NCBI RefSeq assembly: GCF_018350175.1
Contig: NC_058382.1
Coordinates: forward strand, 57,228,001 to 57,292,000
Direction: 5' to 3'
DNA: 64,000 nt
Origin: Felis catus
Taxonomy: Eukaryota
The notes beneath the pieces are model-generated. The model worked only from the letters and a program-made list of their open reading frames with translations, searched no databases and was not told where the DNA came from. Every line of letters begins with the position of its first letter. Positions within the stretch are counted from its first letter, which is position 1. Positions 1-11,790 of this stretch are shown piece after piece. Both the position numbers and the translations under genes were made by a program.

Positions 1-528
1 AATCCACCATTTCACTGCACACAGATCGTCCTCTGCCCATCTGTGGGGAGGGGGCGTCAATAGGTGTCTGCACACCAACGCCAGGCACGGGCACACGTGC
101 TTACACGGTGCGCACGCAGACATGGTCACAGATCCCAGCAGGGACAGCGCGCGGTCCCGCCCCTCCGCGCAGCCTGCAGCGGCCCTGGCGAGGTGAAGAG
201 GGGTGCCGGGCACCTCTGTTTAGACTTAAGTTGTAAATTAGGAAACCCTACAAGGTTAGCTAGGTTGGGTGACATCCTGGCAAAAGGGCCTTGAAGACCA
301 GCCTGGACGTGGCAGGGGACAGGAGGTGGTGGGCTAGGCAGCAGACAGCTGTCATGGAAGCGATGCTAGGGTCATGAGCTTGGTGGCTCCGGGGGGGGGG
401 GGGGGGGGCAGGGGGCATGGCAAAAGGTCCAGGCAGGGAGGTGCAGCCCCGGGCGGGAGACAGGCCTTCTGTGCAAACCACCGTGGAAAAATACGGAGGC
501 CCTTGACCGTTTTTGTTTTTTTTTTTTT

Positions 529-900
529 TTAATGGAGATGAAATTCACATAACGTAAAATGAATCATTCTGAGGTGGAATTTAGCACAATCACAGCGTTG
601 TGCAACCCGCATCTGCGTCTAGTTTCAGAACATCGTCATCACCCCGGAACCAGAGCCTGTACCCGTGAGCCGGGACTCCCCTCTCCGTCCTCCCCCAGCC
701 CCCGACAACCGCCCATGTTTCTGGATGCTTCATATATGTGGAAGTCTCTGCAAGATGCGACCTGTTGCCTCTGGCTTCTGTCGCCGGGCATGATGTTTCC
801 GCGGTTCCTCCCGGTGGGAGGGAGCACAATCCGTACCGTATTCCTTCTCATGTCCCACCTTGACAACACAGTTCTGGGAGCCGGGAATGAAGCACGTTTT
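529..900 (-). mobile_element. Old LINE-1 (L1M-type) 3' fragment
   Basis: aattcacataac...cacagcgttgtgcaacc...tttcagaacat...cccccagcccc resembles an antisense L1MB 3' end. Confidence 0.65.
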
Positions 901-1436
901 CTCTGTGCACAGATCGTGTTCCCTCTGGTTCGCTCGGACCAGAGCTGACAGTCTCGGTGCCTGTATGAAACTTGTTCAGCCCTCGAAAGCTACTCGAAAG
1001 CTACTACTCCTGGCCTGTCAGGACCAGAGCAGGCCTGGGAAAGGTTCTTGGCCCCAAAGACCCTGTGGCCTATTCTAGGATCTCAGAATCTGTCTCCTCG
1101 CCTTGACCTCTCTCACCCGATTTCGAGATTCTGTCCACTCCCAGGTGGATGTAAACGACCCCCTCGCTGCCTCCCTAATGTACTGGCCCAAATCCGGGAC
1201 TCAGAGTCGCCTGCCCACACCTGATGCCCCCGCCAGGATTTGGTCCTGGGTCTGTGCTGGCCCAAGCCCGACACTAGCCTGCAGGATCCTAGGGACAGTC
1301 ATCAAGGCACCTTCATAAATAAAAACCCCCTTCCTCATCTTGTGCCCAGCAGAGGGGCTGGAGTCCCCACGGGGGGTTTTAAATGACATTTGCTGTGTTT
1401 TACCCAATTACCACCACACGTGGAAAACAGAAAAGT

Positions 1437-1657
1437 GGGGCCCGTGGGTGGCTCGGTCGGTTGAGCATCTGCCTCTTGATCTCGGCCCAGGTCACGATCT
1501 CACAGTTGGTGGGATGGAAGCCCGGGTCAAGCTCTGTCTGCCAGTGCGGAGCCTGCTTGGGATGCTCTCTCCCTCTGTGCCCCTCCCCAACTTGCGTACA
1601 CACACACTCTCTCTCTCTCTCTCTCTCAAAATAAATAAGCTTAAAAAAAAAAAAAAA
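1437..1657 (+). mobile_element. Can-SINE (tRNA-derived)
   Basis: gggtggctcggtcggttgagc head, (CT)n, aaaataaata and poly-A. Confidence 0.9.
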
Positions 1658-2279
1658 GAAAACAGAAAAGCAGCGCTCATAACAAGTGCGGGAAGAACCA
1701 CCCAGTATTCCGTAGAAGGACCTCGTGGCTCTGCCCCATGCATGGAACCCGTGTGGGCTCCTATAGAACAACGGCACGATTCTATTGCTTTCTGCCTCTT
1801 GTGGGAAATTAGCATAATATGTGTTCCACGAGGTAGGCATCCTCCTATAGTATTTTGTCCTTTTCCAAACTTTTTATTTGGGTAGTTCTCAAATTTTCAG
1901 GAAAGCTTAAAGAATAGGGAAACAAACAGCTGTGTCCGTTTAGACCGGATGGTGTCCGACGTTCACACACGCACACGCCCACGCAGAGAGAGTCCTGTTG
2001 TGCTGAGCCATCTGGACGTAGAGCACCCCACAGTCCGGAAACCCAAATGCTCCCGTTGTCTTCAAGGCCTTGTCCCGTTCCACCAGACGGTGCGCCGAGT
2101 GGCCCCTCTGGGGACCCTTAGCTCCGCTGATTTCGCTTTCGTGGACACCATTGCCGTGTCCCCGACGGTCCCCTGAGCTCACGCCCCGTTCACAGTTCGC
2201 TGCGTGTCCCCGAGAGACGTCTAGACCATCTCGTCCCCCCAGGAGGTCTCCTGTTCACCCGCGGACTTCTCTTGCTCAG

Positions 2280-2546
2280 GGAAGGAGCCGGTGCCAGACG
2301 AGGAGGACAACGTGGATGCCACCGAGGAAGGGAAGGAAGAGCCTGGTGGGGAGGGGGGGCGGCGGCAGCAAATGGAGCTGTTTGTCAGGGAAAGCTTCAA
2401 GGCCAAGGATGAGCTATTCCCGGAAAAGTCGGGTCTCGTGGGGGAGCTGCCCGTGGACGTCACCGGAGCCACTGAAGGCCAGGGGCCAGGGGGGGCACCC
2501 CTGGAGGAGACCCGGAAGCCGGCCGCCCCCGGAGCCGCCTGCGGAG
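2280..2546 (+). CDS. DNAAF1: DNAAF1 internal exon (acidic region)
   Basis: cttgctcag|GG acceptor, GAG|gtaagg donor; encodes [35 protein letters not shown]. Confidence 0.9.
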
Positions 2547-5500
2547 GTAAGGAGCGGAGAGCCCCACGCGTGCGCCCTCGGGGACCCATGCGTCCCCGGG
2601 ACCATGGCCTCTGAGCCACGCGCCTGTGGGGCCCGGGCTACTTTCCACTCCTCCGATTCTGTGTCTCTAGGATGAAGTATACATGTCTCATTTTCTAGAG
2701 CAGCGCTGCCCATGGGAACATAATGGGGCCATAACTGCATCTTCTGGTAAACAAGGTCAAAAGACACGGGGGAAACACGAAAGGTGTATTTTACTGAATC
2801 CGTTATATCTAAAAGATAATCATTTGGGGCACCTGGGTGGCTCAGTCAGTTAGGCGTCCAATGTCGACTCATGTCATGATCACGCTGTTCACGAGTTCAA
2901 GCCCCGCGTCCAACTCCGTGCTGACAGCTCAGAGCCTGGAGCCTGGTTCGGATTCTGTGTCTCCCTCTCTCTCTGCCCCTACCCTGCTTGTGCATGCTCT
3001 CTCTCTCTCTTAAATTTTTAAATGTGAAATTCTTAAATTTCCCTCTCTTAAAATTTTTTTTAAAAAATTAAAAAAAAATAATCACGCAGATCTGGGCACA
3101 GCAGGCCGCCTGGCAGGTTCCGGCCGCGTTCCTTGGGTCCTGCTTAACTAGCAGATAAACCCAGGACTCAACCGCGACACTGCCCTATGGCTGTGGCATT
3201 GGTGAAGGGAGCCAGACCTGGAAAATGCCCCGTCTATAGGGCCTTGAGAGACGGGGAACATTTTGTTCCCCTGAGCAGCCTTGGGGGTCTGGTCGGGGAG
3301 TTGAACTGGTCTGATCAGAACACAGGGATCCCAGAAGGAAGGTCCCCAGGGTCTGGGAGAGACCGAGGAGTAACCCTGTCCCCAGACCATCGAGGATACA
3401 GCCAGAGGGGCAGGGCCACACCCCTGAGTGCCAGGCAGGGGTGAATCCTTTTCCGGCTAAAGGATTTGAACAGAGCAGACCAGCCTCGACGACTCACCCA
3501 GCTGAGGCCTACCCTGCTCCCCGCCCCCCGATACTGCCCCACCATCCACGGGGATTTAGAGCCACGTCCTCGTCTTCGGTAACGTCGGAAAAAACCCGTC
3601 TCGCAGCCTCGCCTTTGACACGCCGTTCCTGCTGCGCCTGAGACCCAAGAATTTCCCAGGGATGAGTTACATCTGAAGGGCCTCGGTCAGGGAAAGAAAA
3701 CGTCCTCTGGTGCTCGGCTCGCCCCTCTTCAGACGCCGGTCACCGCTCTTCAGACTTTGCCACGAGGCTGGAATGCTTCTCCAAGAAGCAGGACTTGTTC
3801 CGAATAACTTCTTCCTTGGGAAACACCCGGGCTGCTTTGTATGCCCACGACCTGGCTTTGCCGGACAGCGGCTGTCAACCCCAGGGCCTGGTCATCTTCG
3901 TTCCCTCGAAGAGAAGGTCTACCAGAAGGGTTTTTCCCCAGGATTCCCACAGGTGGACATATGACAGGCCTTGTTATTTAAAAGGCACAACACAGGCGTG
4001 ACCACACGGGGAAGCTGACCCTCCGGGCCGCTGAGGGCCACGGCCTTTGCTTTCTGTGCCCCCTGCACTTCCTGAGAGGGGAGCTGGGCTGGCAGAGCGC
4101 GGAGATCCTCCTCCCACTTTGAGTCAAACGACTCAGCCCCGGGAAAGGCAAATCTAAACAGAAAAACCTTATGCTTAGAAAACTGCTTTTCCGTTCACCT
4201 TTCCTACGTTAGGCAGTCTTGCCTCGTAACCGAAGGACGGAGGGAACCAAGAGACAACCACGTGGCCAGCCCTGCTGAATTTCCCGTGCAGATTCTGAGG
4301 TCCGGGCATGGTCGCCTGAGTCACTGCCCCAGCCCCACCGGAAGTCTGTGTCTCGGGGCAGAGGGAGCCGCTAGGAGAGCGGAGGGCACAGCACCCACCG
4401 TCACCGCCACCGTGGAAATGCGGCACCTTCCGCCTCGAATTACACTCTCCCTGGAGGAGTCCACTGCGTCCCGGCGGTCACGAAAACGGTCTGAGAATGA
4501 CCCGTGTTTCCCTGAGACACACCGCGTGCAGGCAAAGCGGTGCTGTTTCTGCAGACACCCTGCGATCAAAGCCACGTCCGACCCTTCCGTCAGCAAACCC
4601 CAAAACCTCTCTGAGCCTGTCTCAGCCCCTGTGAAATGAAAACGGTCTGCCACGGTGCAGAAGCGATGCGCCCAATAGTTGTTCATTTCTTCCCGGCCCC
4701 GCCTTTTCCCGGAACGATGCCCAAGCAGATCGTTCCTTAGGAAACAAAAGGACCCTGGCCCTGCCTTGACTACGACCACAGTGCCATGAACAGGACAAGG
4801 GGTGTGGGAGGAAGGGCCGGCCGGGTGGGGAGGCAGACCACGGCAGTAATTACAAGTACGGAGGAGCTTGCGGCTCTCCTCCGAGGAGCCACAGGGATGG
4901 CCACATGGAGACCGTGACCGCCGGGCCTAGTGAGTGAAGGCCCAGAGGGCCAGCCCGGGGCCATCCACAGAGGCCGCCACAGAAACCCTCTGCCCGCCTC
5001 CTCGTCTCATGCTAAATCGGTGTCCAATGTGGCTCTGAGCCAAACTGGACCTAAGTGTGACAAGAAAAGTTGAGCTGCTGCTGTCTACTTCCTGCAGCCA
5101 TGAGACTCAAGAGCAAGCAGAGGACGGGACCACGGAAGGGCCTGGGGGCCACGGATAGGGCCTGGGGGACCACGGATAGGGCCTGGGGGCCACGGATAGG
5201 GCCTGGGGGCCACGGATAGGGCCTGGGGGACCACGGATAGGGCCTGGGGACCACGGATAGGGCCTGGGGGCCACGGATAGGGCCTGGGGGCCACGGATAG
5301 GGCCTGGAGGCCACGGATAGGGCCTGGGGGACATGGATAGGGCCTGGGGGACCACGGATAGGGCCTGGGGGCCACGGATAGGGCCTGGGGGACATGGATA
5401 GGGCCTGGGGGACCACGGATAGGGCCTGGGGGCCACGGATAGGGCCTGGGGGACATGGATAGGGCCTGGGGGACCACGGATAGGGCCTGGGGGCCATGGA

Positions 5501-8500
5501 TAGGGCCTAGGGGACCTGGGAGAGTAGGAGCCTCGAGGAGGAAGAGGAACCCATTCCCACTCCACGGTCCCGGCAACCCCACGTTATCAGCGGGCACCTG
5601 ACACTCGTGCCGTGACCGGGGACAGGCGGTCCCAGTGGGTGGTGGGCTCAGCCCCTCCCGGGCAGGGCCGGGACCCTGGACTCTCGAGCTTGCCTCCCCC
5701 GCGTCTCCCCCGTCGGCCTTTATCTCCTTGATAAATCTCTGGCCCCAACAGGGCCTCCTCCCAGGCGCCTGCGCATTCCGCGCCGCTCACCGGCTGGTAC
5801 GGTTATCTTGCCGGAGTCGCTGCCGAGTTCCAGCAAGAGGGCGGCTTTTTCCTCTCCCCTCTGCTTTAGACAGAGCCCTGTCCTCGTCTGGGGGTTCTCG
5901 CGGCTTCCGTCCCAGGGGCCGGCCTCCCCCTCTTCTTGGGCTTGTCAGCCCGACCACCGCGCGTCCAACTAGCCCCAAGGTTAATAACTCTGTGCTTGTT
6001 CTTAGACTCGCCCCCCCAGACTGCGGCCACCGAGGGTGCGTTAGGCACGGGACTTGATGGAGAGGAAGACTCGGGAATCACCAAATCGGAGGCAAAAGAG
6101 AAGCTCTTCATCGATGTACGTAACGAGCTGCATCTGGAGAGAAGTGTCCTCTTGACCGTTGCTATTAGATCGCATCCAAACCTTCAAAACCCTCACGCCC
6201 CAAAGCGCACTCTGCGGCCAACAGGCCTGACATTCCTTCCCAAGCTGGCTAGGATTCACTCCGGACCTCGTGACCAGACCCGCCTTCTAACACGACCTCC
6301 CCGGGGGGTTCGTACACGGGCACGGTCGAGATTGAGCCGGGCTGGCCCAGAGGTTTCCCCGGGAGGTACACTGCAAAGCGATCCCGTCCCGCTAGCCTCA
6401 CGCAGAATTGTGGAGAACGTGACATTTATCACGGGAGCCTCTACTCCTCCGAGGACGGCTGTCCAGCCAGCGGCGAATGCCATCGTCCTGGCCCGTGGCC
6501 GCTCCGGCTTCCTGACCGAGGGCCCGTTTGGCCTTGAGGACACCCCTTCTCCCAGACGTTCCGTTTGGGGACCGGTCGTAAATGCTCTGGCCCGCAGGAA
6601 CGGGAAGCGTGGGAATTCACACATTTTGTCACAATCCCTAGGAAGTGTGTTTGGGGGGCGGGGAGGGGGGGCAGGGGTGGGAGGCATTTCTCACCCCTCT
6701 ATTTCCATGCCCACCAGACAGCCTCTCTGGGCACGAGTGGGCCCCTTTAGCTTAAACCCATGCGCACAGCTACACCTGCCCCTGCCTCCTTCCTGGCAAA
6801 CCTCACAACTGCGCGCGACTCGGTAAGAGTTAAACGGCGCGGTCGGCGTCCAGAGTGGGTCTCTGGTTTCCTGAGCCTATGGATGCTGAGGAACAAAACA
6901 GGATTAATTGGAGAACCAGCTGCTGGCTAATACTTCTGGTTCTTACTCTGCCTGGCGCCGGTCTCAAAGGCGTGTGTATTGACTGGTTGAACCTTGCAAA
7001 ACTCTGCGAGGTGGTAGGTGCCATTATCATCCCCACCGTACAGAGGAAGGGAGTGAGAAACCGGTACACTCGTGGTGCACTGGGTTCGGGCCCCGTCACT
7101 TTCCCCAGACGAAGGGGCCGTGTCTCTAAAGCCACAGGGAAGCGGGGCAAGAGGGAGCCATTCCCGCAGACCTCGGTCACCGTCATTGCTGCGGTCTGGG
7201 TTCCCGACGCGCGTGTGAGAGCGTGCACGGTGGCCCGTCGGGTCCTTCCTCATTTCTCCCGCGCACGGTGCTGGCGCACGACCTGGGCCCACGGGCCGTG
7301 CGCACGCCCCTGCCGCGCCTGTGTGCGCGTCGCCTGGTGACGGGGACTCTCTGCTCTTCTAGGACCTGCCCGACTTGGAGGACGAGGACGCCGGCGAGCC
7401 TCTGGACGGCCAGGACGAGGTCATCAGCCCCGCCTTCCCGCACGAACCTCGTGTCACATCACCCCAGTCTTGTCACTTAGGGGGCACGGCCCCTTGGCAC
7501 GAGTCAGGCGCTCCTGTGCCACGGCACCGCACCCTCGGCCGTCCCTCACCCAAGGAAGGGCGGCTGCCACCGTCGCCTGCTTCTGTGAGGTCCTCCCGAG
7601 GGCACATTGTGTCACGACGTCCAGTACCTGCTTCTCGTACATAATTACCTGACCACGCGTCTCTGTCCTTCTCGGGTACCGTACGCTCGCTTTCGGGACG
7701 TCCGTCCTATAGCGACACTCCGACGGGGAAGGCGAGCGTCCAGGGCAGGATGGGTTCCCCCAGGTGGACCGGAGCCGCCTCCCTCCGGCATCACCGGGGC
7801 CCGAGAGAGAGGAAAGCGTGAGACACCGTCTCCGTCCGGGAGCTCATCACGGAGGAAGGAAACACACACGAGACCACAGTCCCCGTGGGGGCCTCGTCCC
7901 CAGGGGGCCGCATCGGGTGGAGCGTATGGCAGCCCGAGGCCGAGGCTCAGAGCGGAGCCCACCTGGAGCCCCGGGAGGGCTGGCGTGGCAGGCACAGGGC
8001 GGGCGAGGTGAGCGTGGCCGCACAGCGACAGAAGGTGCAGAGGACCGCGGCCCTGCCGGGGAGCTCGGCTCCGCCCCGGGGGCTCCAGACAGCTGGCCGA
8101 GGGCATCCGTCCTGACGCCCGACTGCCCGAGGGCACGGTGCTGGGCTCCCGCACGCCTTTCTTGTGCGTGACGACAGTATTTTATGACCAGTGAGAGGGC
8201 AGAATCAGCGCCGGGCATTTGACCGTGACCATCGTGAAAGCAGAAACGTTCACGCGCCTTTTCTCTCTCGACAGGTGTGCGCTCCAAAGGTTACAGCCAT
8301 CTCGAGCTCGAGTGACGACAGTGACCCTGAGCTGGACTACTCCTCACTCCCAGAGCTGGAAAACATCCCAGATACCCTTTCAAACATATTCGCAATCCCC
8401 AAGGACACCTCGAGGAAGGCTGAGACGCCCTTTACAGGCATACTGAAAGCGGCAACAGCAAAGAGGGTCTTGGAAACCCCAGGTCTTAGGGACGCTAAGT

Positions 8501-9758
8501 CCCCACGCCCACTGATTCAAGAGCTCCACGACGAGGGACCTTCAGGCCAACCACAGATGCCTCCAACCTGCCGAAGGGACACCGCACTGCCCCCTTCCAG
8601 TGAGGACGGGGACAGCGGCCTACTCTTAGCCTCTCCCCCAGGTAACGCCACCCTACGAGGCTCGGATGGTGGGGACACGACCCGCTTACCCCAGATCCAG
8701 GGGGGGCGGCCGGCAGGCTGGAGAGGACCGATCACAACAGACCACGGAGACCACTGTAGATCATGTCCGAGTATGGCTCTGACGTTGCTACTCACTGGCC
8801 TGGGCGGACGGCCACAGAGCCGACACGCTCCTGGGTGGGCAAGCAGGCGTCTCTGGGGCTGCTTAAGACCACACAGGTCTCCGGGGGCCTGGGGAGCCTG
8901 TGTCGTTCCCCGCCCCCCGACCCCCGCCCGATCCTCGGCCTCTCCAGACCCAGGCTTCCGAGGGAGGGCGGGGTCTGGGGACACCAGAGCTGGGAGCTTG
9001 GGACAAAATGAGGGTGACCCCTGGCCGGAGAGTGGCGTCCTCCACGTGGACGAGTGGCACAGTGCTGGCAGGGAAGGGAGGTTCGGCAGGCAGGGGGCGG
9101 CCGGCTGGGCGGGGCACGTGAAGTCACAGACCAACACATCAGCCTGGCCTGGCGCCGGGGGCCCACACATGTGGCCGGGGAAACGCATGTTTGGGGAAGT
9201 GGGTAACAGGCAAACGGGGTGGGTGTAAGTAGTTCAGGAACTGTCGCCGGGTCTCTGTCGAGCCCAGACGATTCCTGCTCTCACCCAACACTAGCTGGTA
9301 ACCAGATTTCTTCCCTTTTTCCTTAAGTTCATTCATTTATTTTGAGACGAAAAGAGAGACAGAGAGAGCACGCGCGCACACACGCACAAGAGCAGGGGAG
9401 GGGCAGAGAGAGGGAGAGAGAACCCCAAGCAGGCTCCGCACTGTCAGTGCAGAGCCTGGTTTGGGACCTGAACTCACAAAGCGTGAGATCACGACCTGAG
9501 CCAAAACCAGGAGCTGGTTGCTTAACCGACTGAGGGCTCCAGGCGCCCCTGCCAGGCTCCCTTCCCGACACCAGCTCACGTGGTTGCCTCAAGGCCCACG
9601 CGCAGGAAGACGTGAGGGTTGACCACGTCTCCAGAGAACACAGTTACCCTCTCTCCCGACTAGGAAACATCGCCGAGAAGAACGGGCCATGGTTGGAGAC
9701 GGAGCTCGCAGAGCCCGAGGCGGGAGGCCGCGAGGACACTGAATTTGGCTCGGACTGA
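2280..9758 (+). CDS. DNAAF1: Dynein axonemal assembly factor 1 (LRRC50), 3' part of gene. Coding exons 2280-2546, 6006-6115, 7363-7419, 8275-8641, 9664-9758; 5' exons lie upstream of the window
   Basis: Spliced translation gives [20 protein letters not shown]...[16 protein letters not shown]...|[40 protein letters not shown]...[10 protein letters not shown], which I recognise as the DNAAF1 C-terminal half. AG/GT junctions have consistent phases. Syntenic with TAF1C. Confidence 0.93.
2826..3080 (+). mobile_element. Can-SINE
   Basis: ggggcacctgggtggctcagtcagtt...gagcctggagcctg...(CT)n and A-rich tail. Confidence 0.9.
5130..5514. repeat. Minisatellite, about 19 copies of 20-21 bp ccacggatagggcctggggg(a)
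   Basis: Directly visible tandem array; explains the repetitive ORFs at 5051-5597. Confidence 0.97.
6006..6115 (+). CDS. DNAAF1: DNAAF1 internal exon
   Basis: ttcttag|AC acceptor, GAT|gtacgt donor; [11 protein letters not shown]...EAKEKLFID. Confidence 0.85.
7363..7419 (+). CDS. DNAAF1: DNAAF1 57-nt exon
   Basis: ctcttctag|GAC acceptor; [19 protein letters not shown]; weak donor GAG|gtcatc. Confidence 0.8.
8275..8641 (+). CDS. DNAAF1: DNAAF1 penultimate coding exon
   Basis: ctcgacag|GTG acceptor, CAG|gtaacg donor; [13 protein letters not shown]...RPLIQEL...LLLASPP. Confidence 0.92.
9330..9549 (-). mobile_element. Can-SINE
   Basis: Reverse-strand SINE body ending ccaggcgcccc. Confidence 0.88.
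9664..9758 (+). CDS. DNAAF1: DNAAF1 terminal coding exon
   Basis: ctctcccgactag|GA phase-1 acceptor; [31 protein letters not shown] then TGA. Confidence 0.7.
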
Positions 9759-10317
9759 ACCCCAAGGTGACCCTTGACTGACGCCCCTAGACTGACGGGG
9801 ACGGTGAGCCCGTGACCAGGGCCCCCCGTGGGCGCAGCCCCCCTCGGCCGGGCTCCCCTTGCTTCCAAAGAGCTGCCCTTGCTGAGGGCGCTGGGCGCCT
9901 GGCTCCCCCCATACTGACACCCCCCCCCAAGTGTGGACGGCACTGCAGTCCCACTCAAAAGCACGTGTCACCCCCCTCCACCCCCCCCATCCTCCACAGT
10001 GTGAACTGTGTAACCACGCACGTCTCCCACGAGCATTACAGACACGCGAGGACCCACGAGTCAGGGTGTTATTTAATCTGTGCGAGTCGTGTGCGCCTTT
10101 CCCTCAGGTGCCCCGAGAAAAGGCCCAGTCTTCTCCTCACGTGTGATAAGAAATCTGGGTGAAGTCCTGGTGTCCTGTGACGTTCTGGGGGCCCCTTTTC
10201 CCCCCCAGGACAGCAGGATCTTTCACTGAGCCACATGCCTCGGAGGACGTCAATTCACGCATTACATGTCAAAAGCCACGTAAGGGGATGCTGCTGGGCT
10301 CGGGCTCAGCGGCCGAG

Positions 10318-10323
10318 TTTATT
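10318..10323 (-). terminator. TAF1C: Probable TAF1C polyadenylation signal AATAAA
   Basis: tttatt on +, about 490 nt downstream of the TAF1C stop. Confidence 0.7.
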
Positions 10324-10816
10324 CAATCCCTAAACGCGGGACCGAGTGTCCCCCCCTAGAGAACATTAGATCCTGGTCGAAACTGCTCAACAAACACCAA
10401 CTAACCAGCACCAGCAGCCTCCCTGAGCACGGCGAGGCACCCACACCGTGACCACAATGTCGACGGGGCCCCTGCTTTTAACCACAACACTGTCCCCTTC
10501 AGGGAACGAATCCCAACAACACGGACCTTCAGGCCTTTGCATGGGTCGACGGGACCACCGGGGCCTTTGCAACGTGACGTCGGGAAGGATCTTCGAGCAA
10601 AAGCATAAACAGGGAGAAACGACTATTTTGCTGTCCCCGTGGCTCTGACTTGGCTCCCGATCATTTCTGGGGTATTTCCTGCAGTCCCATGACCTCCAGG
10701 AAGCAGAAAGGTCTGCCCCCTGGAGACTGTTCTCTCCACTTCCTGGGCTCCAGCCTGGAAGGGGCAGCTGTCGGAGAAGAAGGGCTCTCGGGGTGGGGGA
10801 GCAGCTTCCCGGGGCC

Positions 10817-11790
10817 TCAGAAGCCCATGCGGGGCTTCTTCCTCCTCGGCTGAGAGCCCGAGGGGACAGACGCCTGCTGCCTGGAGGGGGTGGCCCGGAC
10901 GCTGGAGGTCTGGGAAGAGGGCACGGCGGCACCTCCCAGCGTGTGCCTTCGGAGCGGCCGCTCCGCTGAGCCATCCCGGAGGGGCTGCTGCCCGGAGGGG
11001 GTGGCCCGGACGCCGGAGGCCTGGGACAGGGGTGAGGAGACGCCTCCTGGGGGGTCCCCGCGGAGCGGTAGCTTGGCCATGTAGTCCCGGAGCGTCTGCT
11101 GCCTCTCCGAGGGGACACCCCGAGCCCACGGCTCCTGGGTCAGCTCCTGGGAGGGCGGGGTCACCGGTGGTTGAGGCCTGGCCTCAGGGGACGTCCGGTC
11201 TGGGCTGCGGGGGGGGCTGGTGGCGTCCGAGAGGTCCAGGCGGCCGCTGAGCGAGGAGAAAGTGCTGGACAGCTGAGTCCGGCGCTTGTGCCGCTGGGGC
11301 CGTTTCCCGGGCCCCGAGCTCCCGCCCTGCTGGCTCTCCCACCAGGCGGCCGCCCGGCCTTCCCAGGCTGCCTCCAAACGTGCACTGAGCTCGTCCTCGG
11401 GGCCTGGCTCGGGGGCAGGGGGTGGCTCCGCAGAGGGCGCGGCGCCCAGGTCCCTCCGCAGCAGGAGTCGCCCTTCGGCCATGGCCGCACGGAGACCCTC
11501 CGGCACCTTCTGTTCCATCCGCCGCGGTTCCACGCAGCCTAGCACACGGCGGTGGGAGAAGTTGGGTGCTGCCCACACGGGGGGAGGCAGGGGTACCTCC
11601 AGCAGGGCCTTCAGCCACCGGCCGCAGCGGGCGGTGGCCTGGGGAGTCCAGGAAGCCACGGGGGCACCGGAGGCGAGCCCGGGGTCCGCCTGGAGGCGGA
11701 GGCGCTGGTGGAAGACATCCCCAGCCGCGGAAAGCTGGAAGAGGAACAGGACCGGCGCGGAGGCAGAGGGCAGGAGCACGGCAGCCAGAC
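10817..11790 (-). CDS. TAF1C: TAF1C last coding exon
   Basis: GLAAVLLP...LFQLSAAGDVFHQRL...RRKKPRMGF then TGA. Confidence 0.94.

Noticed and set aside
5130..5514. CRISPR-like array
   Set aside because: Units are contiguous with no unique spacers, and the context is a eukaryotic intron
5051..5597. Three overlapping repetitive Pro-rich ORFs (PRPYPW / PPGPIRG / QALSV)
   Set aside because: They are translations of the minisatellite, which has no stop codons on that strand; no splice or promoter support
8191..9228. 345-aa ORF, and the 296-aa ORF at 5936-6826, as standalone genes
   Set aside because: Only the DNAAF1 exon portions are recognisable; the rest is read-through into GC-rich intron
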